Below are positions 29,719-45,500 of a stretch of DNA of 64,000 nucleotides, piece after piece. Made by a program: the position numbers and the translations under genes. This DNA comes from Macrostomum lignano (Eukaryota): the NCBI GenBank assembly GCA_002269645.1, contig NIVC01001715.1, positions 1 through 64,000 on the forward strand. Direction: 5' to 3'. The stretch's first letter is position 1; every line of letters starts with the position of its first letter. The notes beneath the pieces were generated by a model. That model ran no database searches. It worked only from the letters and a program-made list of their open reading frames with translations, and had not been told where the DNA came from.

Positions 29719-32700
29719 TCAGTTGCCGGTGCTCTGGTCGATCATGTCTTCCAGATCCATTGTTAGAACGCGAACGAACTCTGCAAGTGTTTGATGGGGG
29801 ACAAGGTGAGCTGGCATTCTGGATTGGATATTTCTAGGACATACTTTTCTGTTGAGTAGTGCTATTTGAAGCTGTAGTAAAATTGACTTGGCTCTGCAAA
29901 GATCTTTACTCTTTGTCTCCAGCACAGATACTATAGAATAACTAGTTTTGCGTGCAAGCTACTTTCTGTTCAGTAGTAAGTTAAACTGAAGTATTTTAAT
30001 GTATTATTTAAATACAAGGAGGCCCCCCAATTGGCTCTTTACCCCCCCCCCTAGCTTAAACCCTCAAACTCCACACAGAACCTCTTACCCCTGCCCCGCC
30101 ACCCAATTTTTATTACTTTCCTCGGTTGTTCCAGCCTAAATCTGCCTTGTACACCATTTCAGTGGCCAATGTACATTATGGCTGAACCAATTAGCAAGCC
30201 GTCTACGCTTAAGCTTGGCTTATAAATAGCTTCTTAAAGTCATTTCAGCTGCTAATTTTTAATAAAATTGCTTATGTACTCTTCTTTGCTACTGAACTGA
30301 AAGTAGAAAGCTTTTTGCTAGGCATATATATACTGTCCGTCAAAAGTTCCGGAACCCTTGCTACGATGTCTTCTAGCGGACATAATTTCAGTCCGTTTCA
30401 ATTGTAACTTGATTCAAATGAAAGCTGCGGATCTCAGCTCCATGATGTGGTCAAGAAAAAGTTTATTCGAAGGAGCGCGTGTGAACAGGCCAGTGTTATG
30501 TACATAAAGGTTAGAGAAAAAAAGTGAGGAAAAGACAAACAAGCAATTGTTTTTTACTCTTTTTTACTCTCCCATGAAAGCTGACTGCACAAGAATCCAT
30601 AGGAGCCTGTTGATTTCAACACAAGTTTTGGCCATAGACTAATGTTAGCCAGGCTGAACACTGCGCGCAAACCGATTCCTTCCCATGTGTGTTTGCTCCA
30701 TAGACTCAGCAACCATAGACAATTGCTTGTTTGTCTTTTCCTCACTATTTTTCTCTAACCTTTATGTACATAACACTGGCCTGTTCACACGCGCTCCTTC
30801 GAATAAACTTTTTCTTGACCACATCATGGAGCTGAGATCCGCAGCTTTCATTTGAATCAAGTTACAATTGAAACGGACTGAAATTATGTCCGCTAGAAGA
30901 CATCGTAGCAAGGGTTCCGGAACTTTTGACGGACAGTATAATATGCCTGAGTGGTCCATCTAGTTATTTCTAGACCTAATAGTATCTGTGGTCTCGACCA
31001 AAGTCACAATAAATTCTCGTTCAAAACTAGCTTTGCGTGTTCTGGTTGATTTCACTGAAACAATTTCAAATACATAATACATAGAACGTGAGTGATACGT
31101 CCTTATGCAAGCGTAACTTCTACATAAGTTAACTCTAAGTATCCTACTACCCTAAGCCTAAGGTAGTTGGTGCATTGACCAACAGATGCAATAATAAATA
31201 CCGTCCCCAACTAACCATCGATCGACAGTTTGCCGTCAGCATCCGAGTCGGCCATGCTGAACATGTCGTCGATCTCCTCGTCCTCTAGCGGCTCCATTCC
31301 CATGCTGGTTAGCGCGTCTTTCAACTCGCCGCGATCCAGGTAGCCGCTACCGTCAGAGTCGAACTTCTGCAGTATAGATAATAGTATCAATAATTATAGG
31401 AATAATAGTACATTGGATTTATTACACCTGCCCTATTGTGCGGCGCATCTGAAGGCTGCGCACGGCTTTTCAGTCCAAGGACTGGGGGGTTGGGGGGGGG
31501 TCGCCACACGCACCCTCAATTAACCCAGCTAATGCTGGCACCCATTTTACAGCTGGGTGAACTGAAGCAATGCAGAATCAAAGTGTGTTGCTCAAGGGCA
31601 CAAATTGTTGCAATGGGATCGGGAATCGAACCCCCGACGTTTAAGTCGGGAGTCCAACGCTCTGACCTTTTTTTCCTCTACATTATCATTTTGTTAGATG
31701 TTTTTATACCTCAAAAGCGCCGCGCAGTTTTGCTATTCGATCAGCTTTGTCCTTTCTTTTCTTCTTGAGCATGCTGCAGTACTCTTTGAAGTTCAATGTC
31801 CCGCTGCCGTCTGAAATATCGTGTGTTTGTCTTCCGAACTGAAGTAACCCTCAAAATGAAATAATCAATGATAAAGTTCCATTAAAAACTAAACATCTCA
31901 GATGGGTCATATCAGTTCGATATAAGGATTCGTGAAACCTTATAGGCGTCTCAATAAGAATTTCAATCCATCTTTTGACTCAGAAGCTCACCAGAGTCAG
32001 CCTCGCTGAGCAGTTTCTTGGCGGAGCTCTCTGACACATCGCAGCCGTGCAGTTGCATCGCATAGCGCAGCTCTGACTCATCTATAGTGCCGCTGCCGTT
32101 CTCGTCAATGTAGGTGAAGCAGCGCCAGGCCTCTGGAAACCAAAAATCACAAGCAAGCAATTACTTTTCAAGACTACAGCAAACAAGGTAGCAGAGAGCG
32201 TGCACTTTTCTACTACCGGTATGTCTAGTTTCACGGTAAAAAATGAGCAATGTCTCAACGAAGCAGGCTTGTCAAATATTTAGTCAGATAAGTAAACAGC
32301 ATGAACACGGTGCTGTTAAGCATCGAACTGAATTGTTTGCTTCACGTACGCTCTGCTTCCGGTTGAGTCAATCCGACTTCTGCTGCTTCCTGTAGGTGCT
32401 CTTCAGAAATCTGAAAGAAATAGAGCAAAGAATCTATCAAGTTGTCTGTAGTTCCAGTTGGATACATCATATTTTTCGGATCAATAATCCAACGATAAGA
32501 AATCAATTGTGATTCTGAATGACCTTCACTGAATGAATACACTTGACCCACACCAGTTTGGGATTGTGAATACACTTGACCCACACCAGTTTGGGATTGT
32601 GAATACACTTGACCCACAGCAGTTTGGGATTGTGAATACACTTGACCCACACCAGTTTGGGATTGTGAATACACTTGACCCACAGCAGTTTGGGATTGTG

Positions 32701-34341
32701 AATACACTTGACCCACACCAGTTTGGGATTGTGAATACTCTTGACCCACACCAGTTTGGGATTGTGAATACACTTGACCCACACCAGTTTGGGATTGTGA
32801 ATACTCTTGACCCACACCAGTTTGGGATTGTGAATACACTTGACCCACACCAGTTTGGGATTGTGAATACACTTGACCCACACCAGTTTGGGATTGTGAA
32901 TACACTTGACCCACACCAGTTTGGGATTGTGAATACACTTGACCCACAGCAGTTTGGGATTGTGAATACACTTGACCCACACCAGTTTGTGATTCTAAAT
33001 ACTCTTGACCCACACCAGTTTGGGATTGTGAATACACTTGACCCACACCAGTTTGGGATTGTGAATACACTTGACCCACACCAGTTTGGGATTGTGAATA
33101 CACTTGACCCACACCAGTTTGGGATTGTGAATACTCTTGACCCACACCAGTTTGGGATTGTGAATACACTTGACCCACACCAGTTTGTGATTCTGAATAC
33201 ACTTGACCCACAGCAGTTTGTGATTCTGAATACACTTGACCCACAGCAGTTTGTGATTCTGAATACTCTTGACCCACACCGGTTTGTGATTTTGAATACT
33301 CTTGACCCACAGCAGTTTGTGATTCTGAATACACTTGACCCACAGCAGTTTGTGATTCTGAATACTCTTGACCCACAGCAGTTTGTGATTCTGAATACAC
33401 TTGACCCACAGCAGTATGTGATTCTGAATACACTTCACCCACAGCAGTATGTGATTCTGAATACACTTGACCCACAGCAGTTTGTGATTCTGAATACTCT
33501 TGACCCACACCAGTTTGTGATTCTGAATACTCTTGACCCACAGCAGTTTGTGATTCTGAATACTCTTGACCCACACCAGTTTGTGATTCTGAATACTCTT
33601 GACCCACAGCAGTTTGTGATTCTGAATACTCTTGACCCACACCAGTTTGTGATTCTGAATACTCTTGACCCACAGCAGTTTGTGATTCTAAATACTCTTG
33701 ACCCACACCAGTTTGTGATTCTGAATACTCTTGACCCACAGCAGTTTGTGATTCTGAATACTCTTGACCCACAGCAGTTTGTGATTCTGAATACTCTTGA
33801 CCCACAGCAGTTTGTGATTCTGAATACTCTTGACCCACACCAGTTTGTGATTCTGAATACTCTTGACCCACAGCAGTTTGTGATTCTGAATACTCTTGAC
33901 CCACACCAGTTTGTGATTCTGAATACTCTTGACCCACCAGTTTGTGATTCTGAAGACAATTGACCCACACCAGTTTGTGATTCTGAATACTCTTGACCCA
34001 CAGCAGTTTGTGATTCTGAATACTCTTGACCCACACCAGTTTGTGCTGAGGAGTCAGTGGAATGGCCCGAATTGCCACAGCGCTGGTGGAGGGGCGATGT
34101 CGCCGAAGACATTGCGCCAGGATTCCCAAACCCCTACTACAATTGATATTATTATGCTCCTAGTATTATGGACTCCAGCGCTTCCAGAGCGTTCGAATTT
34201 TAATGAAGGCTTGTTTCCGTTGTTACATGCATTATTCGGAAAGTGTTTGCACGACTTTAGAAGGCCTTTTCTCTCTTTTCCAAACTCAAGAAAATGATCT
34301 ATTACAATCAGTTCAACTAGAGCTGAACTTACCGACGCCAT
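29719..34341 (-). CDS. Calmodulin-like protein with four EF-hands, 174 aa, 6 exons
   Basis: Exons 34341-34333 (MAS), 32410-32350, 32132-31992, 31810-31710, 31366-31216 and 29780-29719, with phases 0,1,1,0,1 consistent. EF loops: DENGSGTIDESE, DSDGSGTLNFKE, DSDGSGYLDRGE, DSDADGKLSIDE. Confidence 0.88.
30333..30936. mobile_element. Tc1/mariner-type non-autonomous element (MITE) with ~215-bp TIRs
   Basis: TA|ctgtccgtcaaaagttccggaac ... gttccggaacttttgacggacag|TA. Arms ~30333-30549 and ~30720-30936 are near-perfect inverted repeats, with TA TSD. Lies in the last intron of the calmodulin-like gene. Confidence 0.85.
31415..31667 (-). mobile_element. tRNA-derived SINE, 5'-truncated
   Basis: The minus strand reads ggtcagagcg...ggttcgattccc (A/B-box remnants), then tgtgcccttgagcaa...cacccagctgtaaaatggg, a conserved central-domain-like motif. 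The 3' part matches 58370-58468. Confidence 0.75.
32530..34045. repeat. 33-bp minisatellite (gaatacacttgacccacaccagtttgggattgt)n in intron 1 of the calmodulin-like gene
   Basis: About 45 copies. Variants are polarised (gggattgt on the left, gtgattct on the right). Confidence 0.97.
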
Positions 34342-35085
34342 TTCTGCCTTTTCCACTGGGCTAAGTTCGTATGAATGTCTGCAAGCGTTAGTATTTCTAA
34401 GACGTAGCTAGCTCTATTTAAAGCGCGACACTGCTATCATATCTCTCTAGTTTTTTCTCTCGCTTCGACAATGCTCTTCTGCTTCTCGATGCAACATGCT
34501 GTTGCACTCCTGTCTGTCCCCCAGGAGAAATATGCGAGAGCTCGGCGTCAGTGCAATCTAGCAATCTCTTGCACAGCATTCACAGCGCTTACAGTAGAGG
34601 GCAAAATCCACCGTTCCCCCCTCTCTCTCTACTGCAGCAGTGCGTCTCTCTCGGCTGCCTCACACCTCGTGTCTCTCTTTTATTGTTGGCTAAATTTGAT
34701 TCATCTGCGTTCTCTCTCTGAGTGCGGCGACAGGAGAGAGCAGACGGCCACGTTATAATTTAGGTTTCGTGCACGACAATTGGCTCTAGGGCTGGTCGTG
34801 AAAATCTGGATGAGAAATCCAGAGCTGATGCTTCACCCTGTGTGAGCTTGTGCCTGCGAACAGACCCTTTGAGCCCTTTTTGAGATGCCTTGAAACCTAA
34901 CGATATCTTTCAGACAATAATCTCACCATTCAATCTGTAATTATTCATTCATTTCTAGTTCCAGGTTCTGCTTCATTGAATTGTGTGGTTTCCTTTTGTA
35001 TAAAAATTCAATAGAACAGCAGATTGCTGTCACGAAATGGCAAGAAATTGAATAGTAATCTTTTTCTCCCGCTTTGTGTATTGAC

Positions 35086-37980
35086 AAGTGAGAGATGGCA
35101 GACAGTGAGAGATGGCAGACAGTGAGAGATGGCAGACAGTGAGAGATGGCAGACAGTGAGAGATGGCAGACAGTGAGAGATGGCAGACAGTGAGAGATGG
35201 CAGACAGTGAGAGATGGCAGACAGTGAGAGATGGCAGACAGTGAGAGATGGCAGAGAGTGGGAGATGACAGAGAGTGAGAGATGGCAGACAGTGAGAGAT
35301 GGCAGAGAGTGAGAGATGACAGAGAGTGAGAGATGACAGAGAGTGAGAGATGACAGTGAGTGAGAGATGACAGTGAGTGAGAGATGACAGTGAGTGAGAG
35401 ATGACAGAGAGTGAGAGATGGCAGTGAGTGAGAGATGACAGTGAGTGAGAGATGACAGTGAGTGAGAGATGACAGAGAGTGAGAGATGACAGTGAGTGAG
35501 AGATGACAGTGAGTGAGAGATGACAGTGAGTGAGAGATGACAGAGAGTGAGAGATGGCAGTGAGTGAGAGATGACAGTGAGTGAGAGATGACAGTGAGTG
35601 AGAGATGACAGTGAGTGAGAGATGACAGTGAGTGAGAGATGACAGTGAGTGAGAGATGACAGAGAGTGAGAGATGGCAGTGAGTGAGAGATGGCAGAGAG
35701 TGAGAGATGACAGAGAGTGAGAGATGACAGAGAGTGAGAGATGGCAGTGAGTGAGAGATGACAGTGAGTGAGAGATGACAGTGAGTGAGAGATGACAGTG
35801 AGTGAGAGATGACAGAGAGTGAGAGATGACAGACAGTGAGAGATGGCAGTGAGTGAGAGATGACAGTGAGTGAGAGATGACAGTGAGTGAGAGATGACAG
35901 AGAGTGAGAGATGACAGACAGTGAGAGATGACAGTGAGTGAGAGATGACAGAGAGTGAGAGATGACAGAGAGTGAGAGATGACAGAGAGTGAGAGATGAC
36001 AGAGAGTGAGAGATGGCAGAGAGTGAGAGATGACAGAGAGTGAGAGATGGTAGAGAGTGAGAGATGGCAGTGAGTGAGAGATGACAGTGAGTGAGAGATA
36101 ACAGTGAGTGAGAGATGGCAGAGAGTGAGAGATGGCAGACAGTGAGAGATGACAGACAGTGAGAGATGGCAGAGAGTGAGAGATGACAGACAGTGAGAGA
36201 TGGCAGAGAGTGAGAGATGGCAGAGAGTGAGAGATGACAGACAGTGAGAGATGGCAGAGAGTGAGAGATGACAGAGAGTGAGAGATGGTAGAGAGTGAGA
36301 GATGGCAGTGAGTGAGAGATGACAGTGAGTGAGAGATAACAGTGAGTGAGAGATGACAGTGAGTGAGAGATGACAGAGAGTGAGAGATAACAGTGAGTGA
36401 GAGATAACAGTGAGTGAGAGATGGCAGAGAGTGAGAGATGGCAGTGAGTGAGAGATGACAGTGAGTGAGAGATAACAGTGAGTGAGAGATGACAGTGAGT
36501 GAGAGATAACAGTGAGTGAGAGATAACAGTGAGTGAGAGATGGCAGAGAGTGAGAGATGACAGACAGTGAGAGATGACAGAGAGTGAGAGATAACAGTGA
36601 GTGAGAGATGGTAGAGAGTGAGAGATGGCAGTGAGTGAGAGATGACAGTGAGTGAGAGATAACAGTGAGTGAGAGATGACAGTGAGTGAGAGATAACAGT
36701 GAGTGAGAGATGACAGAGAGTGAGAGATGGCAGTGAGTGAGAGATGGCAGAGAGTGATAGATGGTAGAGAGTGAGAGATGGCAGTGAGTGAGAGATGACA
36801 GAGAGTGAGAGATGGCAGTGAGTGAGAGATGGCAGTGAGTGAGAGATGACAGTGAGTGAGAGATGACAGACAGTGAGAGATGACAGACAGTGAGAGATGA
36901 CAGAGAGTGAGAGATGGCAAAGAGTGGGAGATGACAGAGAGTGAGAGATGGTAGAGAGTGAGAGATGGCAGTGAGTGAGAGATGACAGTGAGTGAGAGAT
37001 GACAGACAGTGAGAGATGACAGACAGTGAGAGATGACAGACAGTGAGAGATGGCAGAGAGTGAGAGATGGCAGAGAGTGAGAGATGACAGTGAGTGAGAG
37101 ATGGTAGAGAGTGAGAGATGGCAGTGAGTGAGAGATGACAGTGAGTGAGAGATGACAGAGAGTGAGAGATGACAGAGAGTGAGAGATGACAGAGAGTGAG
37201 TGATGACAGAGAGTGAGAGATGGCAGAGAGTGAGAGATGGCAGTGAGTGAGAGATGACAGAGAGTGAGAGATGACAGTGAGTGAGAGATGACAGAGAGTG
37301 AGAGATGGCAGTGAGTGAGAGATGACAGTGAGTGAGAGATGACAGTGAGTGAGAGATGACAGTGAGTGAGAGATGACAGTGAGTGAGAGATGACAGTGAG
37401 TGAGAGATGACAGTGAGTGAGAGATGACAGAGAGTGAGAGATGGCAGTGAGTGAGAGATGACAGTGAGTGAGAGATGACAGAGAGTGAGAGATGGCAGTG
37501 AGTGAGAGATGGCAGAGAGTGAGAGATGACAGTGAGTGAGAGATGACAGTGAGTGAGAGATGACAGTGAGTGAGAGATGACAGACAGTGAGAGATGACAG
37601 TGAGTGAGAGATGACAGAGAGTGAGAGATGGCAGTGAGTGAGAGATGACAGTGAGTGAGAGATGACAGTGAGTGAGAGATGACAGTGAGTGAGAGATGGC
37701 AGACAGTGAGAGATGACAGACAGTGAGAGATGGCAGAGAGTGGGAGATGACAGAGAGTGAGAGATGGCAGAGAGTGAGAGATGACAGAGAGTGAGAGATG
37801 ACAGACAGTGAGAGATGGCAGAGAGTAAGAGATGGGAGAGAGTGAGAGATGACAGACAGTGAGAGATGGCAGAGAGTGAGAGATGGCAGACAGTGAGAGA
37901 TGGCAGAGAGTGAGAAATGGCAGACAGTGAGAGATAACAGAGAGTGAGAGATGGCAGTGAGTGAGAGATGACAGAGTGAA
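35086..37980. repeat. 17-bp minisatellite (gtgagagatg(g/a)cag(aca/aga/tga))n, ~170 copies
   Basis: Directly visible. Explains the 1039-aa and 987-aa ORFs. Confidence 0.98.
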
Positions 37981-38148
37981 GCCACAGTGACATCTAGGAA
38001 GCTAAGACAACTCATTTTTGTCTGTAGGATGTTCTTGCACGAAAGAAATTGATTATACATGTAGGTGCAGCAAACAAAGCATTAAAACTTTTAATGACTT
38101 TTTACTTGTCGAGCCTTTACCCCAAATAGCAGAGTAAGTTTTCTGTAA

Positions 38149-41663
<3,515 letters not shown>

Positions 41664-42571
41664 CTTGCCTGCTAGTTAACGATTAATTAGTCGATGTTAA
41701 TTTCTACTTTAGAGTTTTTTAGAAAAACGTAACTCGCTCTCAAGTCGAACCACTTTTTAAAGCAGCCAAGTTCTAAATTTGAGTTTGAGCTTTTGAGTTG
41801 ATTTTTTTCAAGATAAGATATAAAACAGTTGGCCTCTCTGTATAAAATTTGAAGTAGCTGCACTATTAAATATAATAACTTTCTTCTTCTGCACGAAAGC
41901 AGCAATCGGCCAGTCTGTGTTGCTATTTTGAATGTGTCAAAGAACGAAGATCGGTAACAAAGATTGGGAGTAGGGATAATTAGAACTAAACAAGCCCAAA
42001 TCATGACAAAGCCTCTTAGAAGGGTCCGTCTAAATGTAACGTTCTGTAGCCATTAAAGTTCTGTAACATGCACGGACTCTTTTAATAAGGTGTAACTCCG
42101 TACGTACGTTCGTAGATATGCGAGTCTATAGTCGTTATCCAAGACAGAAAACTTGATTTTGAGCCTCTATTGACTCTAATCGCTGGATGCCACCTTGACC
42201 AGCCTGTCGCTGTGGTGGGGGAATCAAAATGTTTCAATTACGCTCGTAACAACATGCAGACTTTGACTATTGTTTGTTCAACTCCCAATTGACCCTTGGC
42301 ATCTGAGCAGCACCCGTAAGCCGGAGGAAACATTTTATCTCGGATATTTGATACAAATATCCAGAAAGAAATCGAACATAGAGATTTAGGGATCAGGAAA
42401 ATGAGGCAGTGATGAGGAGTACATTATAGAATATTTCAAAGGATTTTAAGAGGATTGGCTGCAGAAAATTCCATCCAATAAGTGGGTATCGCAGTTCGAC
42501 TGTCGGCTTATTTTTACATCGGCGGATTAAGAACCGGTCTTACAGGATCGAATCGAACAGCTGCATTAATT

Positions 42572-45500
42572 ATGAGACTGTATCTATGGATTCTGCTAAT
42601 CTGCTTCTATGGAAACAGAAGCGCCCAACAGCAGGACGATCGACCGGAGGTGCCCGTGTTAATACTGGGCACCACGTCTGATCCATTTGTTAACGACATC
42701 TACTTTCTTAACTACTCGGTCAACTATGTGAACGAACGCGTGGATCTGTTCCCCGAGATGCGCCTGAGAGCGGAGTTCCGACTGGCCGATGGGGTGAGAT
42801 TGCGTCCTAATCTTGCACGTGTCTCATCCCAGATAAGCAATCTCTGTTAATATAGGAGCTAGTTTGACTGGAGGGGGGGGGACACTCGAATCGCAGCCAG
42901 AGTTGAGGCAAGCTGACCCCTGAGCCATGGACAACTGTAGTAGAGGGACCTTTACTGTCGATCATCTTAGAAGTCGAGGAAGGCAAGGAATGTCATATTT
43001 GTCGGGTCGCCATTGTAATTTACTGCTGAGTTGCTGAGCTCGTATTACCTTTCAACAAGAACTCAAATCGGGTTTCTCTTCCGCATTGCAGCAGAAGAGT
43101 GGCAGCGCCAGCAAAGAGTTCATCGACGGTTACCTATTCGGCAGCGGCAAGCCGCTATTGATTGGCGCCACCTATTCGCATCAGTCCCAGGTGGTGGCTG
43201 AGCTGGCTCAATACTACTACCTGCCTCAGGTGGATATTTGAGACCTTAACCCGTCCTTATCTAAAAAGCTATCTTTTGCGTCTCTATATCGTTATCGCAA
43301 TCGATTGGAGGCTCCTCCGTTAATTAACATATTTATGAGACTCAGTCAACTGTTCGCACACCCAGTTTGAGACTTTTCTGTTAGCGTTCTCAGTTAATTC
43401 ATCCAGTTCAAGGCTCTTTTGATATCACATCCAGTTTGAGATGATAAAGAAAGAGCCTCAAACTGGGTGTGATAACAGAAGAGCCTTAAACTGGGTGTGA
43501 TAACAGAAGAGCCTCAAACTGGGTGTGATAACAGAAGAGCCTCAAAATGGGTGTGATAACAGAAGAGCCTCAAACTGGGTGTGATAACAGAAGAGCCTTA
43601 AACTGGGTGTGATAACAGAAGAGCCTCAAACTGGGTGTGATAACAGAAAAGCCTTAAACTGGGTGTGATAACAGAGGAGCCTCAAACTGGGTGTGATAAC
43701 AGAAGAGCCTCAAAATGGGTGTGATAACAGAAGAGCCTCAAACTGGGTTTGATAACAGAAGAGCCTCAAACTGGGTGTGATAACAGAAGAGCATCAAACT
43801 GGGTGTGATAACAGAAGAGCCTCAAACTGGGTGTGATAACAGAAGAGCATCAAACTGGGTGTGATAACAGAAGAGCCTCAAACTGGGTGTGATAACAGAA
43901 GAGCCTCAAACTGGGTTTGATAACAGAGGAGCCTCAAAATGGGTGTGATAACAGAGGAGCCTCAAACTGTGTGTGATAACAGAAGAGCCTCAAACTGGGT
44001 TTGATAACAGAGGAGCCTCAAACTGTGTGTGATAACAGAGGAGCCTCAAACTGTGTGTGATAACTTATGAGCCTTAAATTGGATATGATAACAGAAGAGC
44101 CTCAAATGGGTGTGATAACAGAAGAGCCTCAAACTGTGTGTGATAACTTATGAGCCTTAAATTGGATATGATAACAAAAGAGCCTCAAATGGGTGTGATA
44201 ACAGAAGAGCCTCAAACTGGGTGCGATAACTTATGAGCCTTAAATTGGATATGATAACAGAAGAGCATCAAAAAAATGTGATAACAGAAGAGCCTCAAAC
44301 TTGTGTGATAACAGAAGAGCCTCAAACTGGGTTAATTAACAAAATAGCCTCCAACTCTGTGTGATAACTCAGGAGCCTCCAACTGGGTGTGATAACTCAG
44401 GAGTCTCAAACTGGTTGAACTAACAGAAGAGCCTCAAACTGGATGTGTGAATTGCAAAAATTTCAGATTGGCTATTCTAACACGTCCCCAGTGCTGAGCG
44501 ACAAGAGCACCTATCCATTCTTCATCCGTTTGGCCATCACAAACAGCATCTTCATTCCTACGGTTATGCAGTTGTTGAAGAAATTTAATTGGAAAAAAAT
44601 CGGATTAATTACGACTGATTCCCCAACGTTTTATCCTGTAAGTGAAAACTCATTTTCCTTTTCTTGACTGTAAATAAGTGATGAGATCACGTTTCACCGG
44701 CGTGGAAAGGTAATCTGTCGTAGATTTTGAATTTGGAATGTATCTAATCAGTTTAATAATGAATAGACGTATCGCAACAGCGAAATTGATTGCAGCTGGC
44801 TGATAACGTTGAGTAATAGAAAATGTTGCATGACGAAAAATCTAATTAATCGACAGTAACCTCTTTTACCATCCAGCAGTCGGTAAAGGGAAGATGGGCA
44901 GGGACAGATTGATTCTGAATTCACGGACACTGGTGACAAAGAAGAGGGAGAGGGAGTTGAAGGGCGGGGAGAGAGAGGGGCAGGGAGAGGGCCCGGGAGA
45001 GGGCAGGGAGAGGGGCAGGGAGAGGGGCAGGGAGAGGGGCAGGGAGAGGGCAGGGAGAGGGGCAGGGAGAGGGGCAAGGAGAGGGGCAAGGAGAGGGCAG
45101 GGAGAGGGGCAGGGAGAGGGGCAGGGAGAGGGGCAAGGAGAGGGGCAGGGAGAGGGGCAGGGAGAGGGGCAGGGAGAGGGGCAAGGAGAGGGGCAGGGAG
45201 AGGGCCAGGGAGAGGGGCAGGGAGAGGGCAAGGAGAGGGGCAGGGAGAGGGGCAGGGAGAGGGGCAGGGAGAGGGCAAGGAGAGGGGCAGAGAGAGGGCC
45301 AGGGAGAGGGGCAAGGAGAGGGGCAGAGAGAGGGGCAAGGAGAGGGGCAGAGAGAGGGCCAGGGAGAGGGGCAGGGAGAGGGGCAGGGAGAGGGCCAGGG
45401 AGAGTGACTTAACAAGCTTTCCAAAACCACCTCAGATCGCACTGGAGCTAGAAGCTGCTTTCCTAGCCCAGAACATGACGTCTTACCAGAAGACGATTTT

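Noticed and set aside
31600-31667. tRNA-like A/B boxes (also at 58210 and 61350) as tRNA genes
   Set aside because: No complete cloverleaf; each continues into a shared SINE body.
34054-34356. 100-aa ORF MEKAEMASVSS...
   Set aside because: Read-through of the 9-nt coding first exon of the calmodulin-like gene into intron 1 (strong GTAAGT donor after ATGGCGTCG).
34941-38060. 1039-aa and 987-aa ORFs (SLTHCHLSL...)
   Set aside because: Translations of a 17-bp tandem repeat that lacks stops in those frames; no domain or splice support.
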